A stretch of 36,264 bases of DNA from Thermaerobacter marianensis (GTDB lineage: Bacteria > Bacillota > Sulfobacillia > DYIH01 > DYIG01). The position numbers and the translations under genes are program-made. The stretch covers positions 1 to 36,264 of the forward strand of contig DYIG01000001.1 of NCBI GenBank assembly GCA_020723725.1, written 5' to 3'. Position 1 is the stretch's first letter. Every line of letters starts with the position of its first letter. Under the pieces are notes generated by a model that saw only the letters and a list, made by a program, of their open reading frames with translations, made no database searches and was not told where the DNA came from. Shown here piece after piece: positions 1 through 9,842 of the stretch.

Positions 1-639
1 TACCTCTAGCGTCGTCAAAGCCCGGGCGAGGAGTCTCGGGGAGCTCTCTGGCCTGTTCTCCCAGATATGCCTCGAAACCTCGGCAGATTTCACACCCCGC
101 CGTAAGAGGTCTGCCACAATCTCATGAGTCTCGGGAGAGGTGTTCTCATAGGCAAAGGAACCCGTATCCGTCAAAACCGCAACATAGATACCGTTTGCCA
201 TCGCGAGGTCTATCTCAACCCCAAGATCCTTAATCAAGCCGTACACAACCTCACCCGCCGCGGCCGCCTGAGGGTTAATCAGGTTGATATCACCATAGGA
301 GAGGTTGGACAGGTGGTGGTCGATGTTTATAACCTTGCCGCAACCAGAAAGAATCGACCTTGCAGGGCCGACCCTCTCCGGGTCGCTGCAATCTATCATT
401 ATGGCGGCATCGTAGCCGCTTTCCGCATCAGTCCAGAGCCTGAACCTCTCGATGCCGGGGAGGAATAACATGTTACGCGGCAATTCGTCTGACCTGATAA
501 AGGTTACTCGCTTGCCCAGCGTCTCCAATGCCAATCCTAGCGCCAGGCTGGAACCAATGCTATCGCCATCCGGCTTGACATGAAGAAGGATGGCAAAGCT
601 CTGTCCCTCTTTAAGGGCCTCCAAGACCTTATCGTTCAT
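1..639 (-). CDS. nrnA: DHH-family phosphoesterase, NrnA-like (oligoribonuclease/pAp phosphatase); C-terminal part lies beyond the left window edge
   Basis: Absent from the ORF track because it runs off the edge. Manual minus-strand translation from ATG 639..637 gives MNDKVLEALKEGQSFAILLHVKPDGDSIGSSLALGLALETLGKRVTFIRSDELPRNMLFLPG...YDAAIMIDCSDPERVG...GKVINIDHHLSNLSYGD...GIYVAVLTDTGSFAYENTSPETHE. DHH-family motifs are present: H-x-x-PDGDSIGS, IDC, IDHH, TDTGSF. The start overlaps the rbfA stop by 11 nt, and rbfA-nrnA synteny is typical. Confidence 0.85.
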   Translation of the reverse strand, partial: MNDKVLEALKEGQSFAILLHVKPDGDSIGSSLALGLALETLGKRVTFIRSDELPRNMLFLPGIERFRLWTDAESGYDAAIMIDCSDPERVGPARSILSGCGKVINIDHHLSNLSYGDINLINPQAAAAGEVVYGLIKDLGVEIDLAMANGIYVAVLTDTGSFAYENTSPETHEIVADLLRRGVKSAEVSRHIWENRPESSPRLLARALTTLEV

Positions 640-1009
640 TATCCCCAAAGCCTCCGGCCGGGGATTCGGACTGCCGGGATTGCGCCAATAGCCGCGAGAT
701 CCGGTCCCCCTCCTCAATGGAATGGTCGATATGGAAGGACAATTCAGGAGCGACCCGAAGCCGCAACCTCTTGCTCAATTCCGTACGTATATACCCCTTT
801 GCCCGCTCCAGGGCCTCCATGGCCTTTTCCTGCTCATCCGAAGCAGCGAAAACACTAAAATAAACCCTGGCAAATCGCAGGTCATCAGTGACCCTCACCG
901 CCGTAACGGAGGTAAACCCAATGCGCGGATCCTTTAGCTCGTTTATTAGCAGGTCGCTGATCTCCATTTTGATGGCCTCGGCAACCCGCAAGGCCCTGCC
1001 CCTTGCCAT
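629..1009 (-). CDS. rbfA: ribosome-binding factor A
   Basis: 126-aa ORF, MARGRALRVAEAIKMEISDLLINELKDPRIGFTSVTAVRVTDDLRFARVYFSVF, the typical RbfA N-terminal signature. It lies directly downstream of infB. Confidence 0.9.
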   Translation of the reverse strand: MARGRALRVAEAIKMEISDLLINELKDPRIGFTSVTAVRVTDDLRFARVYFSVFAASDEQEKAMEALERAKGYIRTELSKRLRLRVAPELSFHIDHSIEEGDRISRLLAQSRQSESPAGGFGDNER

Positions 1010-1015
1010 GATGAC

Positions 1016-3838
1016 CTACACCCCCAGGGAACCGGATCCCTCCTGATTGGTAATCAGTTCCCTCCCGACTTCCTTCTCCACAAAACATTCAATAAGATCG
1101 CCAACCTTGACATCGTTAAACCGGTCTATCCCCAAACCGCACTCAAACCCTGCGGATACCTCCCGGGCATCGTCCTTAAACCTCTTGAGGGATGAAATGG
1201 TGCCCTCGTGGACCACAACCCCGTCCCGGACGAGCCGGACCCGGGCATTCCTTTGCATCTTGCCCTCAGTAACATAAAGTCCCGCAACGGTGCCCGCCCC
1301 GGGCACCCGGAAGGTTGCCCTGACATCGGCGCGCCCTATCACCTCTTCCTCAATCTTGGGAGCCAGCAGCCCGGTAAGCGCGGCCCTGACGTCCTCCAGG
1401 GCGTCGTATATTACCCGATATGTCTTTATTTCAACGCCCTCCAGGTTGGCCAAGTCCCGCGCCCTGCCATCGGGCCGGACATTGAATCCCATAATTACGG
1501 CCCCCGATGCCGCCGCCAACATCACGTCAGACTCCGTAATGCCGCCCACCGCGCCATGGACAATGGAAACCCGCACTTCTTCGTTCTGTATCTTCTCCAA
1601 CGCCCCGCGGAGGGCCTCCAGAGAACCCTGGACATCGGCCTTGACGATGACCTTGAGTTCCTTTTCCTCCCCATCCTGAAGCCGCTTTTGGAATTCAACC
1701 AAACTAATAACCCGCTTGGAGGCAATGTCCTCCTCACGGCGTTTCACGCGCCTGACGCCCGCCATACTCCGGGCAATCCTTTCGCTGCCTACCACTCGGA
1801 AGATATCGCCCGCCTGCGGCACGTCGTCGAATCCCAACACCTCAACAGGTATGCTGGGGCCGGCCTGTTCAACCATTTCTCCGGTGTCGTCCATCATAGC
1901 CCTGACCTTGCCAAAGCAAACCCCGGCGATAAAGGGATCCCCAAGGCGCAGTGTGCCCGCCTGGATAAGGACTGTCGCAACCGGCCCCCGGCCACGGTCC
2001 AACCTTGCCTCAACAATGGTACCCACAGCGGGACGATCCGGGTTGGCCTTTAGATCTTTCATGTCAGCCACGAGGTTAATAATCTCCAGGAGGTGGTCAA
2101 TGCCCTCCTTACGCAGCGCGGACACCGGCACATAGACCGTATCACCGCCCCACTCTTCCGGGATCAAACCGTGTTCCGAAAGCTGCTGTTTAACCCTGTC
2201 AGGGTTCGCGCCGGGCTTATCTATCTTATTAACCGCAACAATCACCGGGACCTTCGCCTCACGGGCGTGGTTCAAGGCCTCGATGGTCTGCGGCTTAACC
2301 CCGTCATCAGCGGCAACAACCAGAATCGCGATATCGGTGACCCGGGCGCCGCGGGCACGCATGGCAGTAAACGCCTCGTGACCCGGCGTGTCGAGGAACA
2401 CAATCTTCCTGCCATCCGCCTCAACCGCATAAGCGCCTATGTGCTGCGTTATGCCACCCGCCTCCGTCGAAACAACCTTGGTCTCTCGGATTGCATCTAG
2501 CAGGGTAGTCTTGCCGTGATCGACATGCCCCATAACGGTAACCACAGGCGGCCGCAGCTTCAGCGTCTCCGGGGCCTCCCCCTCAGTTATGCGCTGAAGG
2601 AGCTCCTCATCCGTGGGCTCCTCCTCCGGCTCCTTGATATCCACCTTGGCCCCCATTTCCTCGGAGACGATGGCGGCGGTATCCACGTCAATCTGCTGGT
2701 TGATAGTAGCCATAAACCCAAGGTTCATCAGCTTGGTGATTACCTCACCTGCCGACACCTTAAGTTCTTGTGCCAAATCCCCAACAGTAATAGGACCTGT
2801 AATCGTGATCTCGCTGACACCGGCCTGGCCCTTTTCACGATCACGCCGACCCTGCGAGATATCCCGGACGTTACCGCGCCGCAGCTTCGCCAGCGAGACT
2901 TCCTCTTCCTTCTCACGGTTATTGCGTTTCTTTTCCCAGGGTTTACCCCCACCCGGCCTGCCTGTTGGCTTGCCGATCGTAGGTGCAGGCATACCCGGGC
3001 GGGCGCCTGCCACAGCACCCTTGCCCTGAAAAGACGGGCGGCCTCCGGGCGCCCCACCTGGCCCGCCCGGCCGTCCCCCTGGACCACCCTGTCCCCCTGG
3101 CCTTGCAGGGTATCTCCCTTGGCCTGCAGGGGGTCTGCCCTGGCCGCCGCCGACCGGGGGTCTATTGTACCCGGCCCCAGGCCCGCCAGGCCTGCCCCCG
3201 GGCGCGCCCTGCCTGGGGCCGCGTTCGCCGCCGCCAAACCCGGGACGGTCAGTCGGCCTGGCCGTAAAGCCAGCGCCCTGCGCACGCCCCGTCGGCTTGC
3301 CCTGCTGCCCGTACCCCGGGTGTGAGTACCCTGGCTTAGCTTGCCCGCTCCTTACCGGAGTCCCCTGGCGGTAGCCGCTATTGCCGACAGGCCCGTTGTT
3401 ACCGCCAGGACCACCGGCTGCACCGGGTACTTTATCAGCCTTTCTGGGGGGGAACATCCTTTGGTGCGGCGAAGGCGCGGCATCACGGGACCTGGTTCCC
3501 TGGACAGGGGCTGGCCTGGCCTCATGAGTTACATTCCCCAGCGCCACCGCTTCTTCGCTTCGCCTCTCAGGCTCTTTTTCGGTTTGGGAGGCTGCTGGCG
3601 GAGCAGCGGAGGCCACGGGCTCCTTCGGTTTGGGTTTATCCTGATTAACGCGGGGGGACTCTTTATCCGGATCCTTCCCTTTCATGAGAAGCCTGATCTT
3701 AGCCGCGACCTGATCATTGATCGCGCTCATATGATTATTGATGTCGATGTTCATCTTCTCATTTAAGAGCTGCAGAATCTGCTTTGATTCTACATTCAGT
3801 TCCCGTGCTAACTGATAAATACGTACAGGCTTGCCCAT
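1016..3838 (-). CDS. infB: translation initiation factor IF-2
   Basis: 940-aa ORF. G-domain motifs [20 protein letters not shown] and NKIDK are present. The long Gly/Pro/Arg-rich low-complexity N-terminal linker is typical of IF-2. It sits in nusA-ylxR-infB-rbfA synteny. Confidence 0.97.
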   Translation of the reverse strand: MGKPVRIYQLARELNVESKQILQLLNEKMNIDINNHMSAINDQVAAKIRLLMKGKDPDKESPRVNQDKPKPKEPVASAAPPAASQTEKEPERRSEEAVALGNVTHEARPAPVQGTRSRDAAPSPHQRMFPPRKADKVPGAAGGPGGNNGPVGNSGYRQGTPVRSGQAKPGYSHPGYGQQGKPTGRAQGAGFTARPTDRPGFGGGERGPRQGAPGGRPGGPGAGYNRPPVGGGQGRPPAGQGRYPARPGGQGGPGGRPGGPGGAPGGRPSFQGKGAVAGARPGMPAPTIGKPTGRPGGGKPWEKKRNNREKEEEVSLAKLRRGNVRDISQGRRDREKGQAGVSEITITGPITVGDLAQELKVSAGEVITKLMNLGFMATINQQIDVDTAAIVSEEMGAKVDIKEPEEEPTDEELLQRITEGEAPETLKLRPPVVTVMGHVDHGKTTLLDAIRETKVVSTEAGGITQHIGAYAVEADGRKIVFLDTPGHEAFTAMRARGARVTDIAILVVAADDGVKPQTIEALNHAREAKVPVIVAVNKIDKPGANPDRVKQQLSEHGLIPEEWGGDTVYVPVSALRKEGIDHLLEIINLVADMKDLKANPDRPAVGTIVEARLDRGRGPVATVLIQAGTLRLGDPFIAGVCFGKVRAMMDDTGEMVEQAGPSIPVEVLGFDDVPQAGDIFRVVGSERIARSMAGVRRVKRREEDIASKRVISLVEFQKRLQDGEEKELKVIVKADVQGSLEALRGALEKIQNEEVRVSIVHGAVGGITESDVMLAAASGAVIMGFNVRPDGRARDLANLEGVEIKTYRVIYDALEDVRAALTGLLAPKIEEEVIGRADVRATFRVPGAGTVAGLYVTEGKMQRNARVRLVRDGVVVHEGTISSLKRFKDDAREVSAGFECGLGIDRFNDVKVGDLIECFVEKEVGRELITNQEGSGSLGV

Positions 3839-3864
3839 GTATCAAATACCCCCCGCAATGATAC

Positions 3865-4209
3865 CTACCATCCGCCCGGGCTAGCTTCCGAACCCGGCCC
3901 GGTTCTCGACAAGAGATCCGCCCTGTTTATGGCATGCATTATCTCGCGCCGCAGCACCTCGATTGTTTCTCCGTCAACCTTAATCCTAAGCGCCTTGGAA
4001 AACCTTTGCCCCTTAAGGGCCTTTTCAAGACACTCCACGTCCAGGTGAAGATACGCACCCCTCCCGGACTTCTTCCCGGTAGGATCAACCTCAACCGAAC
4101 CATCGGAGACGCGCACAACACGCAAGAGACCACGCTTCCCGGCTACTTCATGGCAACCGATGCAAGTCCTCTGCGGAACACTCCTGCTAGCCCCAGGCAC
4201 AGCACACAT
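3865..4209 (-). CDS. ylxR: YlxR/RnpM-family (DUF448) RNA-binding protein
   Basis: 114-aa ORF with PQRTCIGCHEVAGKRGLLRVVRV...GRGAYLH, the characteristic YlxR core. The ATG lies 3 nt after the nusA stop. Its position between nusA and infB is canonical. Confidence 0.85.
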   Translation of the reverse strand: MCAVPGASRSVPQRTCIGCHEVAGKRGLLRVVRVSDGSVEVDPTGKKSGRGAYLHLDVECLEKALKGQRFSKALRIKVDGETIEVLRREIMHAINRADLLSRTGPGSEASPGGW

Positions 4210-4212
4210 CCC

Positions 4213-5517
4213 CTAGTCCAAATCATCATCTTCCCAACGGCGTTCGAACTCGTCATCCGAGTCGTCCGTGGCCACACGCTTGGAACTCTCATGCCCCTTC
4301 GGGCCACGTTTCTTCAGAGCCTCGCTCCAAGCCTGTTCCCAAACATCGGACACCCTTCCGGCCGGTCGCTTGGTCAGCCATTCGGCCAGGGCGGCAATGT
4401 CGCCACCCTTTTCACCCCCCTCACCACCAGCCGTGCCACGCAAAGCATCCCTCATGGCCTCTTCCGCCACCTGAGATTCACTCTTGATATCAATCCTGAT
4501 TCCGGTCAGCTTGGCTGCTAAACGGGCGTTCTGCCCTGCACGGCCAATGGCCAAAGAGAGTTGCTGGTCGGGGACGATCACCCGGGCCACTTTCTCGCCC
4601 TCTTCCTCCTCAATCGTCACCTCGGTGACACGCGATGGGCTCAAGGCATTAGCGACATACTCCGCCAGATCATCCGACCATTTAATTATATCTATTTTCT
4701 CCCCGTTAAGCTCGTTGACCACAGTCTGAACCCTCATCCCACGCTGCCCGACACAGGCTCCAACCGGATCAACCTGATCATCCTGCGACCTCACGGCTAT
4801 CTTTGTTCTGCCGCCAGCCTCACGGGAGATCGACATTACCTCGACGACACCCTCATAAATCTCCGGAACCTCGAGTTCAAAGAGCCTCTTTACGAGGTTC
4901 GGATGACTGCGTGATATAACAATTTGCGGACCCCTGCTAGTCTTTTTAACCTCGGCAACATATAGCTTAATCCTCTCACCCTGACCGTAGTATTCACCAG
5001 GAATCTGTTCCTGCGGCGGGAGAATGGCTTCCACTCTGCCCAGGTCCACAAACACATTCCGCCCCTGAACTCTCTGAACCTGGCCGGTGATTATGTCGCC
5101 TTCCTTTTGCGCAAACTCCTCGAAAATAAGGTCCCTTTCGGCTTCGCGGATGCGTTGCACAACGACCTGCTTCGCGGTTTGCGCGGCAATGCGTCCAAAA
5201 TCACGCGGAACCACTTCCCTCTCAACGATGTCGCCAACCTCATAACCGGGATGAATCTCCCTGGCTTCAGCCAGAGAAACCTCCGAGTCCGGGTCATTTA
5301 CCTCCTCAACAACCCTCTTCTGAACGAAGACCCTAAACTGGCGGCTATCCTTATCGAGTCTGACGACGACATTCTCAGTGGTGCCGAAGTGACGCCGGTA
5401 AGCGGAGATCAAAGCGGCTTCAACAGCCTCAACCAGAAGGCCTTTATCTATGCCCCGCTCCCGTTCAATCTCATCCAAAGCGCCTACAAGATCAAAACTC
5501 ATAATGGCTCCCCCCAC
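4213..5517 (-). CDS. nusA: transcription termination/antitermination factor NusA
   Basis: 434-aa ORF. It shows a NusA N-terminal region (LVGALDEIERERGIDK..), an S1-like segment (GDIITGQVQRVQGRNVFVDLGRVEAILP), two KH-like segments (DPVGACVGQRGMRVQ; AIGRAGQNARLAAKLTG) and an acidic C-terminal tail. Confidence 0.95.
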   Translation of the reverse strand: MGGAIMSFDLVGALDEIERERGIDKGLLVEAVEAALISAYRRHFGTTENVVVRLDKDSRQFRVFVQKRVVEEVNDPDSEVSLAEAREIHPGYEVGDIVEREVVPRDFGRIAAQTAKQVVVQRIREAERDLIFEEFAQKEGDIITGQVQRVQGRNVFVDLGRVEAILPPQEQIPGEYYGQGERIKLYVAEVKKTSRGPQIVISRSHPNLVKRLFELEVPEIYEGVVEVMSISREAGGRTKIAVRSQDDQVDPVGACVGQRGMRVQTVVNELNGEKIDIIKWSDDLAEYVANALSPSRVTEVTIEEEEGEKVARVIVPDQQLSLAIGRAGQNARLAAKLTGIRIDIKSESQVAEEAMRDALRGTAGGEGGEKGGDIAALAEWLTKRPAGRVSDVWEQAWSEALKKRGPKGHESSKRVATDDSDDEFERRWEDDDLD

Positions 5518-5534
5518 TAAACCACCTTGCGCCT

Positions 5535-6074
5535 CTATACCTCAAAGAGCCTTGCCTTGGCGACTTGCTCCCTTGGGATCTCCCATACCAACCCCGATTC
5601 GTCTCTGACAACCACATTCCCATCGATAAGCCCGATCAATTCCCCATGGACCTCCCGAACGGCCTTCGACTCTTTGCCAGGACCATCCGTGCCTGGCGTA
5701 ACAGAGACATGCGGCGCGATAGGCCCAAAGGTCCGAACCTCAACCCGTCTACCCTTAAAAGACTCGAAATCCCTATCCTTTTTCAGGGGACGGTCAAGGC
5801 CCGGCGAGGAAACCTCAAGGAAGTATGACCCGGGCACGGGGTCCGCAGAATCCAAGATATCGGACATCTGCCGGCTAAAAGCCTCGCAATCGTCAAGCGT
5901 AATACCCCCTGGTTTATCGAGGTATATACGAACAATACCGCGACCCCCGCCCCGGGAGTATTCAACATCAATAAGCTTAAACGCCATATCATTGGCCAGT
6001 GGCAGCGCCAATGACTCAACCGCCACCTCTATCTCCCTGGCCTGTTCCTTGATCCTTCCTCCCGGTCCTTCCAA
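5535..6074 (-). CDS. rimP: ribosome maturation factor RimP
   Basis: 179-aa ORF (TTG start preceded by AAGGGGTG), first gene of the rimP-nusA operon. It contains the motif YLEVSSPGLDRPLK, typical of RimP. Confidence 0.85.
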   Translation of the reverse strand: MEGPGGRIKEQAREIEVAVESLALPLANDMAFKLIDVEYSRGGGRGIVRIYLDKPGGITLDDCEAFSRQMSDILDSADPVPGSYFLEVSSPGLDRPLKKDRDFESFKGRRVEVRTFGPIAPHVSVTPGTDGPGKESKAVREVHGELIGLIDGNVVVRDESGLVWEIPREQVAKARLFEV

Positions 6075-6099
6075 ACAGCCAACACCCCTTAATCACGAT

Positions 6100-6128
6100 A
6101 AAAAAGTGGGTTTATTCAACCCACTTTT
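6100..6128 (-). terminator. rho-independent terminator closing cassette A, upstream of rimP
   Basis: Minus-strand RNA reads AAGUGGGUU-GAAUA-AACCCACUU followed by a U-run. The stems are 6104-6112 and 6118-6126. An A-run flanks the other side, so it may act in both directions. Confidence 0.7.
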
Positions 6129-6225
6129 AAGTCGAACCTGGCAGTTACGAATAGCTCTGCGTCCTCGATAACAACCTACCAAAAGAGTGTATCACCTTTC
6201 CATTAGAACAGCAAGCCCGGCGCCT

Positions 6226-6858
6226 TTACCGCACCTCGACAGGAATAAGGTACGTGGCATCTCCACCAATAGGCGCGTCCCAGGCAACCCTGTACGCAAT
6301 CACATAATCCCCGGGCTTCAATTCCTTTGTGTCGTAGGTGTAACTTACACCCTTTTCCGACACCTTCAATTCCTTTTCTTCCACAGGCTTATCGTCAGCC
6401 GGCATTATACGGTTACGCGGCCTGGTCTCCTGTTTATACATAGATGCCGGATTAACGACGACCTGTCCTTCAGTGGCCTGATAGGTAATCCCGGGAACCA
6501 GAACAGTAATTAAATCTCCAACTTTGACAACCTTCTTTTCCGGCAGCTTCGGAGGCCAGCCAACGTTATCACAAAGCAATTCAGCCGCGTCGGAAGGCCA
6601 GCACCAGTCTGCCAGAACGGCGCCCAACTCTTGTTTCCCCGAAGTTACCTTGGCAACTGGCGGTTTCCCAAACGGAAAATCAGGCTTTAAAGTCGGCGCC
6701 GACTCGACTTTAAGGGGATTCCGATAATAATCGGGGCCGCCAGCCGACGTCTGTTTTGACTTATTACCACACCCAGCCAGCAACAAGGATAGGCTCAGCA
6801 CGGATGCAGCTATCATAAATGTAGCTTTCCTACTTTTATTCCAGCCGGACCTATTCAA
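6226..6858 (-). CDS. lipoprotein of unknown function (orphan, last gene of cassette A)
   Basis: 210-aa ORF with a TTG start. The signal peptide has a lipobox (SLSLLLAGC). The protein carries one Cys pair (DWCWPSDAAELLCDN). I recognise no domain and see no paralogue elsewhere in the window. Confidence 0.6.
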   Translation of the reverse strand: MNRSGWNKSRKATFMIAASVLSLSLLLAGCGNKSKQTSAGGPDYYRNPLKVESAPTLKPDFPFGKPPVAKVTSGKQELGAVLADWCWPSDAAELLCDNVGWPPKLPEKKVVKVGDLITVLVPGITYQATEGQVVVNPASMYKQETRPRNRIMPADDKPVEEKELKVSEKGVSYTYDTKELKPGDYVIAYRVAWDAPIGGDATYLIPVEVR

Positions 6859-6892
6859 AACGTTTCACCACCATAGTCCTCATAGCCTCGCA

Positions 6893-7858
6893 TCAGTACG
6901 TCCAAACAGAGATGCGGTTGTTTTCCCTATCGGCAATATATATCCGATCACTACCGTCAACCACAACCGCGTTCGGGAAGTTGAAGGTACCTTCTTCAAC
7001 ACCACGTTCACCGAACTCGAACAATGGCTTCCCTTCGTTATTAACCACGAACACCTTGTGTTGGAACGTATCAACAACATAGATGCGCCCTCGGCTGTCA
7101 ACAGCCATACCGCGCGGCAGAACCAGCCCGCCGAAACTCATAATCAACCGGCCTCGGGCGTCAAATTCGTGTATACGCCCGTTATTTGAGTCAGCAACCC
7201 AAACGTTTCCGTTATTATCCGGCGCAACACCGAACGGATAGTTGACTTCACCGGGCCCTTCACCTGGGCGGGCAAACTTCCGCACGAATTTGTCGCTCTT
7301 ATCAAAAACCAGGACCTCATGCCCGAGCGTTGTAACATACATATTGCCCTGGTTGTCTTGACTAAGGGTAAGCGGGCCAACCGTCAAATTACCGTGCTTC
7401 TCTTTATCAGGTATTACGCCAATATACTTGCCGTCCAAACCAAGGATCTGAATCCTGCTATTGAGCATGTCGGCGACATATAGTTTATTGTCACGTACCA
7501 GCACACCCGTTGGATAATAGAACTCCCCTTGGTCGCGCCCGAGCTTACCGAACTTGGCCAACCATTTGCCATTGCGGTCGAACACCTGGATCTGGTTGTT
7601 CTCGCTGTCGGCCACAAACATCCTTCCGTCAGGAGCGATGCTCAACCCAAGCGGCGCCCTAAGAGGTGAGCTGGGCGGGCCATAGATGTCCCTCAACGGA
7701 CGGGGAGGCTGATTAGTTGCCTCACGAACCCTTTGGGAAATTTCCTGGACCGGTTGAGGAACCTGCCTTTTGAAGAACATGATCCCGAAAACCACCAGGA
7801 CGATAAGGGCTAATATTAAGGAAATGATAACTACGGTACTTAGCTTAACTTTTTTCAC
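6893..7858 (-). CDS. membrane-anchored NHL-repeat beta-propeller protein (NHL-A)
   Basis: 321 aa with a GTG start. There is an N-terminal TM helix (VVIISLILALIVLVVFGIMFF). This is followed by repeated NHL-type units (..PLGLSIAPDGRMFVADSENNQIQVFD.., ..YPTGVLVRDNKLYVADMLNSRIQIL.., ..YPFGVAPDNNGNVWVADSNNGRIHEFD.., ..PRGMAVDSRGRIYVVDTFQHKVFVV.., ..FPNAVVVDGSDRIYIADRENNRISVW). It aligns along its full length with the 328- and 327-aa ORFs. Confidence 0.85.
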   Translation of the reverse strand: MKKVKLSTVVIISLILALIVLVVFGIMFFKRQVPQPVQEISQRVREATNQPPRPLRDIYGPPSSPLRAPLGLSIAPDGRMFVADSENNQIQVFDRNGKWLAKFGKLGRDQGEFYYPTGVLVRDNKLYVADMLNSRIQILGLDGKYIGVIPDKEKHGNLTVGPLTLSQDNQGNMYVTTLGHEVLVFDKSDKFVRKFARPGEGPGEVNYPFGVAPDNNGNVWVADSNNGRIHEFDARGRLIMSFGGLVLPRGMAVDSRGRIYVVDTFQHKVFVVNNEGKPLFEFGERGVEEGTFNFPNAVVVDGSDRIYIADRENNRISVWTY

Positions 7859-7888
7859 CGTTTCCCCTGGCTAGGCCAGAGATTCACC

Positions 7889-8635
7889 TCACTTCTTGAC
7901 ATTAGGATTAATTGGTGTAATCTCACCGGGTTTGAATGTGCCTTCCGCTGGCATAGCCGGCAGGTCTTTATCCTTAACCCCCAGCTTGTGCAGGGCATCA
8001 CGGGCATTTGTGAATGCAGGGTCATACCTGAGAGCATCCTTGTAACTGGCTATTGCCTTGTCTTTATCACCCTTGCCCTCGTATGCCGCACCACGAAGGA
8101 ACAGCACTTCAACCAACGTGGGGTCGATCTTTTCCACGATGTAATTAAGCCTCTCCAGGGCTTTATCATAATTCTTGGTATTGACGTAAACCTCCGCCAA
8201 AGCGTAATGAGGCAGCGGGTTTGCCGGCGCAACCTTAACTGCTTTGGAAAGCAATTTTTCAGCCTCAGCAAAGTTCTTCTGCTTCAATTTAACTTGACCG
8301 AGGAAGTAATTTAACTCCTGTTCATCTGGCGCCAACTTGAGAGCCTTAGTATAAGCCTTTTCGGCATTAACGAGATCGCCTTTATTCAGATAGGCGTAAC
8401 CGAGGTTGGCCCAAGCCTCAACGTCGTTAGGGTCCTTTTTAACATTAAACTCCCACCGCTGCGTCTCAACATCCCAGACCTTTGGCCCTACATAGCCACC
8501 ACCCCAAAAGAAGCGATAGCCTACCGCGATGGCTCCGGCAACAACAAGCACCAGAGCTAGGAGAATAATAACTATTGCAACCGGCAGGGATACGCCTCGT
8601 TCTTGCGATGGCTGCTGCGTCGTTTCAGCCGACAT
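7889..8635 (-). CDS. membrane-anchored TPR-repeat protein (TPR-A)
   Basis: 248 aa. It has an N-terminal TM helix followed by the conserved VGYRFFW. Several TPR units follow (AWANLGYAYLNKGDLVNAEKAYTKALKLAP.. etc.). It is paralogous to the 266- and 255-aa ORFs. Confidence 0.85.
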   Translation of the reverse strand: MSAETTQQPSQERGVSLPVAIVIILLALVLVVAGAIAVGYRFFWGGGYVGPKVWDVETQRWEFNVKKDPNDVEAWANLGYAYLNKGDLVNAEKAYTKALKLAPDEQELNYFLGQVKLKQKNFAEAEKLLSKAVKVAPANPLPHYALAEVYVNTKNYDKALERLNYIVEKIDPTLVEVLFLRGAAYEGKGDKDKAIASYKDALRYDPAFTNARDALHKLGVKDKDLPAMPAEGTFKPGEITPINPNVKK

Positions 8636-8683
8636 CTCTATTCATTACCTCCTAACACCTGACGTTCCAAACAAGAAGCTTGT

Positions 8684-9607
8684 TTATTCTTCGCGAATGA
8701 TTTTTGATTTCCTGTTCAGATCAACTCGAAATTCATCAAATTTCTGCCTTTTTTTTGCATCGATAACCTGCTTGGTTAAATCATCCTTAACTTCTTCGAA
8801 AGTAAACTGCTTTTCCGCTTGGTGATCCGTCACCTTCAGGATGTGGAACGCATAGTGACTCTTCACGATGGGGCTTATATCCCCCACCTTCAAGCTAAAC
8901 GCGACATCTTCGACTTCTTGAACCAGGCCCCCCTTTCGGGTAACATAACCGCGGTCGCCACCATCCTTAACTTTGAACTGTTTGGCCACCTCGGCGAAAT
9001 CCTTACCTTCTTGAAGGGCTTCAGCTGCCTTCTTTGCCTCTGCAAGGCTATTGACCTTAATCTCAAGGAGCCTTACTCGTTCAGGCTGTATAAAACGCTC
9101 CTTATTTTCATCGTAGATCTTTTTGACTTCGGCATTATCCGTCTTTACGTCTTTGGTGACATTCTCAAATAGTGCCCTCTGGGTCATCATTTTGACTAAA
9201 ATATCCTTTAAATCGGCTTCAGTAAGACCAGCCTTTGTAAGACCGGCCTTGTACTTGGCCTTATCCCCCTTGAAAACATCCTTCTGGAGGTACGTCAACA
9301 TTTCTTTGTACTGCTTGTCCACTTCTTTCTCGTTTAGCTTAACACCGCGTTTTTTGGCCTCTTGAATAAGCACCTGCTCGTCAATCATGGTGTCAAGGAT
9401 CTGGCCGCGGGCATTTTGATAATCGGTGCCCTTCAGCTGATGGCCATAGATAAGCTCAAAATAGGCGATCCTTTTTTCAAGGTCCTGCATGGTTATTGGC
9501 GTTCCATTGACGCTGGCCGCCCTAGGGCCCTGGTTACATCCACTAACAAAGAGCATTGATGCCAGGATAAGCGCAAGAACTGCATATAGCCCTTGGATTC
9601 GACGCAA
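8684..9607 (-). CDS. parvulin-type peptidyl-prolyl isomerase lipoprotein, PrsA/SurA-like (PPIase-A)
   Basis: 307 aa with a TTG start 8 nt after GGAAGGAGA. It has a lipobox (MLFVSGC) and a SurA-N-like helical region. The parvulin core reads FAEVAKQFK..GGDRGYVTRKGGLVQEVEDVAFSLKVGDISPIVKSHYAFHILKV. Confidence 0.85.
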   Translation of the reverse strand: MRRIQGLYAVLALILASMLFVSGCNQGPRAASVNGTPITMQDLEKRIAYFELIYGHQLKGTDYQNARGQILDTMIDEQVLIQEAKKRGVKLNEKEVDKQYKEMLTYLQKDVFKGDKAKYKAGLTKAGLTEADLKDILVKMMTQRALFENVTKDVKTDNAEVKKIYDENKERFIQPERVRLLEIKVNSLAEAKKAAEALQEGKDFAEVAKQFKVKDGGDRGYVTRKGGLVQEVEDVAFSLKVGDISPIVKSHYAFHILKVTDHQAEKQFTFEEVKDDLTKQVIDAKKRQKFDEFRVDLNRKSKIIREE

Positions 9608-9842
9608 ATTCCTAGTCTCCTTCCACTATGAATACCGCTGCACATATATAAAGAATAGCACTTTTTGCTTATAATGTAGCGCTTTATCTTTTTACGTTAA
9701 CTATTGCCTATTAATGTAACTATGTCAATGTTAGATCTTTTTCCAAATACCCCGCCTGAAAACGTAAGCAAAGTTAAACTATCAAATATCATCGGATTCG
9801 TCGAGATATGTTAAATAGTCATATTGGATAGTTAAACTGAAT

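Noticed and set aside
124-858. Plus-strand ORFs 124-468 and 580-858 from the ORF track.
   Set aside because: They are antisense to the well-supported nrnA (DHH motifs) and rbfA genes. Their translations have no recognisable features.
2900-3450. A GC-rich, repetitive Gly/Pro/Arg-coding stretch inside infB, considered as a possible repeat element or insertion.
   Set aside because: It is an in-frame low-complexity N-terminal linker, a common feature of IF-2 proteins. There are no exact repeat units or element boundaries.
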